Positions 1-8,329 of a stretch of 20,000 nucleotides of DNA are shown here, in pieces. The notes under the pieces were generated by a model. That model was given only the letters and a program-made list of their open reading frames with translations, ran no database searches and was not told the origin of the DNA. Made by a program: the position numbers and the translations under genes. Position 1 is the stretch's first letter. The number at the start of each line of letters is the position of its first letter. The stretch spans positions 54,539 to 74,538 of the forward strand of contig JALJEE010001312.1 in NCBI GenBank assembly GCA_023231475.1. The letters are read 5' to 3'. This DNA is from Seison nebaliae (taxonomy: Eukaryota).

Positions 1-437
1 CGATTATTAAACGATGATTTTTAAATTTATTTTTGTCGAAGTTAGAACTATTTGAAAGAGCTTGAATTGGGCTATCTAACAGTATGTTCCCTTAAGTATA
101 TAATGCTATTTGCAGAAAGTTATGAGCATTTAAAAAATATCGAATTTTGTCCGATTACTTTTGAATACAGCTGTATATTTGTTTATATTTAGAAAGAATT
201 TATGAACGTATATCGTTTTCAATACTTAGGTTACGTATATTTAACCTCAATAATTATGAATCATTATAATTACTATTTAGAAACAATTATTGTTATTATT
301 TTATTTACTGTTTATTTATATGTCGATTAATATGAGTTTACATAAAATTATTTCAAACTTTATTATTTTGATTAACTCTTTAAATTCAACAAACAAGAAA
401 ACAATTATAAAGATGCTTTTGATTTATTTTGTTTATT

Positions 438-1928
438 TCAAGAAAGTGTATTATCATTCGATTGGTTGTTGACTAGTTGTGTCATAATGCCCGTTATTCC
501 CATATATCGAAAACTTTTGATAACTCTATTCAAATTAGCTATAGGAATCGGTTTATCATCGTTTACCAACATCCAACCTCGTTCTTCCATATTAATTAAA
601 GAGAACTGATGGACTGGCCAACCATTATTCTGTTTTCTATTCTTCCTTCTGTATGTATCAGCGGCTAACCGGCAAATGGCACCTATCAATAATAGAATTT
701 TTTTACTTTCTTCCTTCAACTTATCTAATATGGCCCGATCATTTGGATGTGTATCTTTAACAAGTTGATATAATCTTCGATAATAAATGTTTTTACATTC
801 GTTCACTTGTGGTCGGTCCTCATAATTGTGATAATCCATTATGTCCTCATATTTCAAGACATATGGTTGACTAATGTAAAAATTCATTCCTCTGATTTCA
901 TATTGATATTTTCCCGTACTTAATTCAATCTGAAAATTTAAGTCTTTCTCATTTAACCATAAAGGCAGATTCCAATTAGCTCTTTCCATGCCTACTTCGA
1001 AGTTTTGTGGAATTTTAAATTTCATTCCAGGATCACCTTTTGAATAAGTATAAAAATAATTGAAAGCAATCGCAATTATTTTTAAGAAACTATGGTGAAT
1101 TCTCAATCCCGATTTACTTTCATAAGATAAAATGAGAATATTTGGAACTCCTAAATACCGTTTGAGACAACGTCGTAATGCTTTTACTGGAATTGGTGGC
1201 ATTTGTGCTAACGGATCTCTCGCTATCGTATTATACGACCAAACATTCCGTTCGATGTTAGCCAACCGATTAGTTAATTGAATACTCAGTATACTTTGAG
1301 GCATGAAAAATTGTAACATCCAATATGGCTTATATTGAAAAATCTGAGCTTCATCTTCGTCAAATATAAATGAATTCATCAATATTACTTGCCATCGATC
1401 ATAATCAGAATTTGCACGTAAATTTTCTTGTACAATTTTCAAACATTCGAATTCATCCGTACGATAATTATCGTAATATTTTCGAAAACGTTCATCTCTT
1501 TCTGGATTAACTTCGTCAAGTCTCATTTCATAATAATTAGCCAAATAAAAATCAGAAGAAGGTCCCATAATTGTACTTCCGGTTAGTTCACAACGACTAG
1601 CTTTATCAACCGCATCGAGCAAAAGATCGATACTTCTAACATCACGACATGGTTTCAAACTTGTACAATGTGGATCTCTAAGGACTGTAGCTTTTAATCT
1701 CGTTCTTTGTTCAGCTGTACTGTTAATTCTATCAACCAAATATTCGAGTAACTTAGGACATGATATGATGAGAGCTAAACAAGCGTTCGTACAACAAACT
1801 CCTCCAACATTCCTGAGTTTGGGACCACATTGATTATATGACGCGCTTAAATGATCCAATTCGACCCAGTTGGACGTGAATGGTAAAAAGGAGAAATCAA
1901 CAGGAATTTCAGGTTTCATTCCAGCCAT
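438..1928 (-). CDS. Divergent USP-like (peptidase C19 / papain-fold) cysteine protease, paralog 1, ~496 aa, single exon
   Basis: Cys box KLRNVGGVCCTNACLALIISCPKLLEYL (USP consensus GLxNxGNTCYxNSxLQxL...PxL; Cys codon 1796-1794); VPNILILSY resembles LPxxLxIxLxRF; YEIRG strand; His box HQFSLI...WMLVNDD (His 611-609, ND 563-558). ORF-track start at 2006 is TTG and runs through a pyrimidine tract; ATG at 1928 (or 1919) aligns with the N-termini of the two paralogs. Confidence 0.8.
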   Translation of the reverse strand: MAGMKPEIPVDFSFLPFTSNWVELDHLSASYNQCGPKLRNVGGVCCTNACLALIISCPKLLEYLVDRINSTAEQRTRLKATVLRDPHCTSLKPCRDVRSIDLLLDAVDKASRCELTGSTIMGPSSDFYLANYYEMRLDEVNPERDERFRKYYDNYRTDEFECLKIVQENLRANSDYDRWQVILMNSFIFDEDEAQIFQYKPYWMLQFFMPQSILSIQLTNRLANIERNVWSYNTIARDPLAQMPPIPVKALRRCLKRYLGVPNILILSYESKSGLRIHHSFLKIIAIAFNYFYTYSKGDPGMKFKIPQNFEVGMERANWNLPLWLNEKDLNFQIELSTGKYQYEIRGMNFYISQPYVLKYEDIMDYHNYEDRPQVNECKNIYYRRLYQLVKDTHPNDRAILDKLKEESKKILLLIGAICRLAADTYRRKNRKQNNGWPVHQFSLINMEERGWMLVNDDKPIPIANLNRVIKSFRYMGITGIMTQLVNNQSNDNTLS

Positions 1929-2095
1929 TTTTTTTATGAAAAAAAGAAAAGAGAAAGGAAATTGAATGAAAGAAATTTTCAAAGTTTTTTCCATTTCTTC
2001 ATTCAACTTTTGTACTGAAAGTTTTTTTTTCTTATAAATTTAATTTTTTTTTATCAAACTAAACTCAATTTTAATTATGAAACTATACAACTCAA

Positions 2096-3562
2096 CTAAT
2101 ATTCAATTCTTTCGTAAAATATTGATTGGAGATTCTCATATCTCAAGACACGAGCTGCGAGTTTGATATCTTCAATTTTTATTGGACTTTCGTCACTGAT
2201 AATCCACCACTCCTCATTCGGTCGCTTGATCAATGAGAAACCATGAACGGTGGCACTTTCATACCGATTGAGTTGTTGGAGATGAGATTTTTCATGAATA
2301 GTCCGACAGAAATCTCTGAGAATTATGTCAAATGTTTCTTCCATCATCATAGCGACCTGGGCAAATTCCATCGTTAACAGATCGTAACCTTCAGGTAAAT
2401 TATTCATAAATTCATTCAAACGAGCTTTAATATCGATCACACATTCAGTTGTTATTTCATCATCTATATCACTCTTCTCCACATCACCATAAACTATAAA
2501 TTCTTCTTCTTGTAACAAGAAGGAGAAACCTCGAATTTCATATCCGAATTTCAATAAACTATTTAGACCCATTTGACTTGCAGTAGTGTCTCTACCAAAT
2601 GATTCAGGTAAATTGACAGCTAATGGAAGAATGCCGATGGAGAAATCATCAAAACTAATATCATCAATTCCATTTCCCTCCATTAATCGTTGTCGAACTA
2701 CATCGATTATTTTCACCATTTTCAAATATAAATTAGGAGAAATTTCAGGGAGTGCTGTTTGTTGAAAATTAATTTGAATATATGTCGGTTCTATTCGATG
2801 CTCAAGAAGAGCCGCATCTAATTCTTTTCTCGTATCTTCATATAAGGCCAAACTTGGGATGGCAGGTAATGGTCGATGTTGCCAAAAATTTAGATCGACA
2901 TCCATTGTTTGAACAATAAAATTTAAATTTAAAAATTTTAAAGATGAAATATATTTCAGACCGAACATCCGCTCATTAACCATTTCAACAGAGTCACGTT
3001 CTTCTTGTTGGAAGATATCTTTAAAAATTCGATTAGACCTGATGAAAGGTGACGCTGTAATTTTGGCACTTTGTATCGCTTCACATGCCCGATCGATTAG
3101 GGCGAAATGAGCTAATATTTCAGTTGCTTCTTCATCACAACCTTGCCATTTATGTCGTTTATAGTCGTCATATTGCCGAACTAAAACATAATCGCCACTC
3201 AAACCGAACATAGAATCAAGTTCTTCATGTGTATCAGCAGCAATGATTCCTCGATTAACAAAAGCACCAATTGGTGGGTGCCAAAATGATGGTCCTTTAC
3301 AATATGGATCTGATGCTATTTTATTTATATATTCATTGAAATCTACTGTCATATTTGATTCATATAATTTATTCAAATATTCCATAAGAGAGGCAGATGA
3401 TAATAAAAGAGCAAAAACTGCATTTGTCATACAAACACCCATTCGACAATGATTCTTTAACTTTGGTCCCGTCTCATCAGAAAATTCACTTGCTTCCAAT
3501 AACGAAGTCACTTTCTGTTGGAAAGGTTCATATGGAAAATCATCGGGTAATTCTATTATCAT
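2096..3562 (-). CDS. Divergent USP-like cysteine protease, paralog 2, 488 aa, single exon
   Basis: Cys box KLKNHCRMGVCMTNAVFALLLSSASLMEYL (Cys 3433-3431); FLNLNF; EPTYIQINF; YEIRG; His box HGFSLIKRPNEEWWIISDE (His 2245-2243); C-terminal SIFYER resembles the USP YxLFYxR end motif. Confidence 0.82.
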   Translation of the reverse strand: MIIELPDDFPYEPFQQKVTSLLEASEFSDETGPKLKNHCRMGVCMTNAVFALLLSSASLMEYLNKLYESNMTVDFNEYINKIASDPYCKGPSFWHPPIGAFVNRGIIAADTHEELDSMFGLSGDYVLVRQYDDYKRHKWQGCDEEATEILAHFALIDRACEAIQSAKITASPFIRSNRIFKDIFQQEERDSVEMVNERMFGLKYISSLKFLNLNFIVQTMDVDLNFWQHRPLPAIPSLALYEDTRKELDAALLEHRIEPTYIQINFQQTALPEISPNLYLKMVKIIDVVRQRLMEGNGIDDISFDDFSIGILPLAVNLPESFGRDTTASQMGLNSLLKFGYEIRGFSFLLQEEEFIVYGDVEKSDIDDEITTECVIDIKARLNEFMNNLPEGYDLLTMEFAQVAMMMEETFDIILRDFCRTIHEKSHLQQLNRYESATVHGFSLIKRPNEEWWIISDESPIKIEDIKLAARVLRYENLQSIFYERIEY

Positions 3563-4084
3563 ATTAATGAACTATTGTTACCATTCAATGAGAGGAATGA
3601 TTATACACAAAATAACGGACAGAATAAAACTAAAACCAAACAGAAATATGGAACTATTTACTATTTATTGTTCGAATCATTTCTGCTTAAATTTAGTCTT
3701 AAATACTTCTAACAAGTTCGTTGTAAGTTAGAAACAAATTATTCAAATTTGTTTAATCAAAAAATCAAACAACTTCTTTAAAAGAAATAGAGATCTCATG
3801 TAAATGGCACAAAACTTTTGTAACTGTTATCAAAATTCTAACAGTTATACTCTTCTGTAACAGTCTAAACATTTTCATGAGATGTTCACATATTTCTTAC
3901 GAGTTATATCTGTCGAAATGTCGAAATGAAAGTCACATCTGAGGAGAAAGCAACGGAAAGAATTTTAAAAATTAATTTTACAATTAATCTTATTAGTTTT
4001 TTGAATTGAATTTGACGAAGAAGAATACAGTTGAAAATGTGCGCGTCAAAAAAATGATAATTACTAATAAGGAAGGGGAACGAC

Positions 4085-4091
4085 TATAAAA
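4085..4091 (+). promoter_or_regulatory. Candidate TATA box (TATAAAA followed by GGGG)
   Basis: TATAAAAG flanked by G-rich sequence (GGAAGGGGAACGAC...GGGGACG), which stands out in AT-rich DNA, ~135 nt upstream of a large hairpin; no protein-coding gene downstream on +. Confidence 0.4.
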
Positions 4092-4221
4092 GGGGACGAA
4101 ATATTTACTATTTTCTAGTTTTATTCATTCTTTTGCGCTTTACTAAAAAGTTAGATTTTTATTTTCATCTCTATTCATTTCTATTCATTTCAACTAATTT
4201 TATTAGGTCGACGATTTTAGC

Positions 4222-4440
4222 GGTCCAGTTCCGCCTCGTGGTTGTGGATTTAAAAATAAATTTGGTGGCGACAACGACAATTCGTCACCAAATAAATCCA
4301 CAAACCAAATGAACTGGACCAATTATTAATGGTTCTGGAAGAAAGTTCGTTTTAAATTTTTAGTTCTCTTCTAACATCATCCAATAGAAATAGAACACCT
4401 AACTCCAAACCTGTTAGGTTTGGAATTTTCTCAAGAACCA
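4222..4440 (+). ncRNA. Candidate structured non-coding RNA (99-nt three-helix hairpin plus a second multibranch domain); family not identified
   Basis: 4222-4231 GGTCCAGTTC pairs perfectly with 4311-4320 GAACTGGACC; 4239-4252 with 4293-4307 (1 bulge); 4261-4271 with 4282-4292 (one G-U); 10-nt loop. Second domain 4330-4348/4423-4440 encloses hairpins 4363-4373/4385-4396 and 4404-4412/4416-4424. G-U wobbles favour the + strand. Confidence 0.45.
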
Positions 4441-4759
4441 ACAATGGACTGACAAAAGACTCTAATTACAGATGGCTGATCTCAAGAATTATACATTTAA
4501 CTCATCTAATACCTAATACCTAACAATTCTATTAGACATTTTTATTTTAAAATTTATTTACTTAAATAAATTATTCATTACAATAACTTCTTCAATTAAT
4601 ATTTTTGTTACATTTAATATTCAATTATTTAATATCGCATGATATCCTTAGTTCATCTAACTTAATTCTTATCAACAAAAACTTCTTAAAAATCTTTAAA
4701 AGTTTATCATCTAATTAAAAATTTCTGAAGGAATAAACAAAATTATTCATATAGTTGTA

Positions 4760-6223
4760 TCAATCTTTTATTTCAAAAAATAAACTATTTACCATTTCAA
4801 GAGTGAGAGATTGATGAGCATCCTTGACATCATCAATTATTAGAGTATCATCATCATTCATCAACATCCATTTAGTCGTTCCTTTTATTAGAGAATAAAA
4901 ATGACAGTTACAATCTGAAGATGCTTCTAAATAATCTCTATCGTGTAACAATTGGAAGTAAGCGCAGATCTTTTTCAAAATTTCGATAATGTTCAATTTG
5001 AATATACTTGAAATGTTCGAGATGATTTCACGGGTATGAAATGTGGAAATATAATTTTCGATTTGACGATATAGATATGAAGAACAATCTATATGTTTTT
5101 CATTTGAATAATCAATATTGAATTTTTTTATTAGATGTCGAATTGTTGAGATGTTGTGGATATTATTCTCTACCAGACAGAAAGTTATTCCACGTAATTC
5201 GTAGATAGAATCTCCAGTATTTGTCAACGGAAATCGAAGGAAAATGCTGTTGTTCTCATAAGGGAAGTGTGATAACTTTAAACTTTTAAATTGTAATAGA
5301 ATATCTATCTCATCAAACAATTCAGCATCATCATAATGTTTGTTGTCATTTGAGATGATTTCATAAATTTTATCACCAAAACATTTGATGAGAGACGGAT
5401 GGAATTCTTCTTTTGTTTCAAAATTGAAATTAATCGAAATGAATTTCGGAATTGATGTCCTTTCATTTAGACTTCGATCTAATCGTTTAAAACCGTTCGA
5501 TGATATTAAATCGAAAATATTTGGAGTTATGTAATCATTCTTCCAAAAATATAAAGGATTCCTGTCAAATGGATCGAGTTGAATGTTAAGAAAATTTAAA
5601 GTTCCATACCACATATATTTCCATTCGTCATAAATATTATCACATTTCCATTCGGCTCTCTGGATTTGTCTATGGAAGAGATCACTCAATATTTTATGCC
5701 AATTAATAAAACTTCGATATTTCATCTTTTGATCATTTATGATATCATAACACATTTCCATTATTGAAGAAGAATTGGAAGAAGGAAAATTTCTCTTCAA
5801 TTTTCTTTCTTTTAAATTTCTCAAATAATTTTTTAAAAGATAATAATTTCCAGCTGTTCCATATTTCGAATGGACGATATCTCTCTGAGTGGCATCGAGA
5901 AGACTCTGTCCTAAATACTCTTCCACTTTCATCCAACTACAAATCTCAAAATTTTCACCATTAGGATCTAATATCACTTTCTCCATTTGTTCGTGAATGG
6001 TTTGTCTGTCGACAGTAACAATTCGTCGAACTTCTTCCAATAGTTTAGGTGAGGAAATGATTAATGTTAACAATGCATTCGTCATGCACACTCCAATTTT
6101 TTCGTCATTGTAAAATCCAGAAAATTCACCAGAATTCCCATTGACACAAAGTAAATGCAATCTTTCTCGTTTCTCTTCCATATTATCATATCCCAATGTT
6201 AACGGTAAATTTGTCATGTTCAT
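4760..6223 (-). CDS. Divergent USP-like cysteine protease, paralog 3, 487 aa, single exon
   Basis: Cys box GFYNDEKIGVCMTNALLTLIISSPKLLEEV (Cys 6088-6086); FLNIQL; IPKFISINF; YELRG; His box HFYSLIKGTTKWMLMNDD (His 4903-4901); C-terminal SLFFEIKD. Confidence 0.82.
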   Translation of the reverse strand: MNMTNLPLTLGYDNMEEKRERLHLLCVNGNSGEFSGFYNDEKIGVCMTNALLTLIISSPKLLEEVRRIVTVDRQTIHEQMEKVILDPNGENFEICSWMKVEEYLGQSLLDATQRDIVHSKYGTAGNYYLLKNYLRNLKERKLKRNFPSSNSSSIMEMCYDIINDQKMKYRSFINWHKILSDLFHRQIQRAEWKCDNIYDEWKYMWYGTLNFLNIQLDPFDRNPLYFWKNDYITPNIFDLISSNGFKRLDRSLNERTSIPKFISINFNFETKEEFHPSLIKCFGDKIYEIISNDNKHYDDAELFDEIDILLQFKSLKLSHFPYENNSIFLRFPLTNTGDSIYELRGITFCLVENNIHNISTIRHLIKKFNIDYSNEKHIDCSSYLYRQIENYISTFHTREIISNISSIFKLNIIEILKKICAYFQLLHDRDYLEASSDCNCHFYSLIKGTTKWMLMNDDDTLIIDDVKDAHQSLTLEMVNSLFFEIKD

Positions 6224-8329
6224 TTCATTAGAATCGTTAATGAAAAATGAACGATGATGTGATTAACTTACATTTTATTTATTCAAACAGATCTGTCTGA
6301 TGAAATTCGAAAAATGAATGTCAAGTCTGAAAAAAAAGAAGAAGAACTTTTAATTTTATTTACTAATTGTAGAAAAGTTAAAATTTCTAGAAACAATTTG
6401 AAGTAACAACTTAATTAAATAAATTAACTATCGTCTAAGAATAATTAGTAGGTCAGTCTAGTCAAATATTCTAAAGAAGATAAATCTTTCGATTCAGATC
6501 GTCCGATAGAAATGTCAGAAAAATTATTACGATATTTCTATTCAATATAAATTTGATATCATCACGTAATTCATGTTTGATAGATAGTTGTTACAAGAAT
6601 GGTTATTTGTGATAAATGAAAATATAATTTTTTCACTCTTAATTCTATGTTTTTATTATTACTGAATTAAATGAAATCAATTTTTCTACAATATAAATGG
6701 TAACATCTGTCAGATTCATTCAAGCACTATTCAATTTTTGGAGAAGTGTAACATATATCTTCTACAGAAAAAACTAACAAAGTTTTGTAAGAGAAGCATA
6801 TGCATATTTTTAGCGATATAATATTCAATAATTATCGTATATTCACAGTCAATAGTTCACATGAATACGAATTATTCCGGAAACGAAAGAAGAAATATAC
6901 TCACGTCAGAGATGAAGTGTTTCGGTTTTTAAAAGTTTTCTCCTCTCAAGAGTTTACTAGTTGTTGAAAAATCGTTCGTTCTCTAAAATAAACACGGAAA
7001 TAAGTAATTGACATTGACCGTATAAAACCTGAAAAAACGTTTCCCATACGTAATAAGTTGTTATGAAAAATTATCCTTATTATGGTGCGTTAAAGGAATT
7101 CTTTGTCCGAATATCAATGAATCAAAGATACACTATAATTTTTATTTGAGGTGTTTGGACAAAATAGAAGAATAACAACAGTTTGAATTTGGACACGGAA
7201 GAGAAATCGATATCAGAGGAAGGAGGTGAGTTATACCTTTGTATATGTTATATAAGCGAGACAGAAATTGATGTGTTAGATTTCACGATATAAATGAAAA
7301 TCCAAATGAAATAATAAACATTTTTTTAAAAAAATTTTATGGAAACTTGTCCGACAAATTTTAAAACTTTGTCGAGATGTAAAGAGAAGTATTTTTAAAC
7401 GAACTTGATAGTGAATGAATAATGTAATCAGAATGAGAAGAGAATATGTTCACTTACTAATTAGTCAACTATCTGTATACTAATGATGAACTAATGATCA
7501 ATAATCGTATGATTCATCCACAATCTCAATTCGATTATTGAAACGTCTCTCGATAAAAATTAATTAGAATAACACCTTCTCCCCCGCAACAAATTCATTT
7601 TATTATTTCATTCTTCTCCATCGTTAAATTAACAGGCTTTATATGTTGACACAATATCACATTTTACTATTTGTCTCCGGAAAATAAATTGATTTCATGA
7701 AATTTTCTTATTCGAAATGAAATCTATCCGAATTCTTCATTCACAATTACCATGTCATTTATTGTGCACGAATTAATGAGAGAAAATGAGATTTATATAA
7801 TTCTCCTTTTATTTAATTGTTTTTTTTTATAGTTTTAATGAGAAATAATAATCGAGTTCTCATAATTAAATGTCGCTAACTAAATATTTGACCTTGGAAT
7901 AAGTAGAATTTCTATATCGTATCACTCTCATTTATTTGAAAGAGACAGACAATTCTTCTCAACAATTCAATTCACCTCGACATTCGAACTATCGTATGTA
8001 ATAAATTGAGAAATTTAAAAGAGCAAATTCTTCTTCATTCGAGAAGTCGATAAAAGTTTGTTTGGTGTGTAGAAATGAAATTTTTAAAATTTTTCTGAAA
8101 ATTAATATACGTGTAAAAGTAGCGTATAAGAACTCTCTTTTGTGAACTGTAATTGGATTTTCACTTACAAAAATTTCAAAAAAATAATTATGATTCATTA
8201 TATTTTTCATCTCTTCCAACTACTTTTTGTTTTGCTAATTTATTCAATCTATTAATTTCTTCACCTTCCTAATTGACTTTTTTTCGGCTTTAAATTTATT
8301 TGAGAATTAATTTCCATTCAAATTCGAAA

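Noticed and set aside
1929..2006. 26-aa N-terminal extension of ORF 438..2006
   Set aside because: Starts at TTG, consists of a poly-pyrimidine/poly-A tract and has no counterpart in the paralogs.
4207..4329. 40-codon open frame VDDFSGPVPPRGCG...NWTNY across the hairpin
   Set aside because: No in-frame ATG upstream with or without the candidate intron; the base-pairing explains the raised GC better.
4340..4455. GAAAGTTCG and ACAATGGACTGA resembling RNase P/MRP CR-I and CR-V
   Set aside because: Only ~100 nt apart, weak P4 pairing, and competes with a better local stem; not callable without cmscan.
6224..8329. 2.1-kb divergent intergenic region, including ORF 7989..8219
   Set aside because: AT-rich, no convincing coding signal, terminal repeats or RNA structure found by eye.
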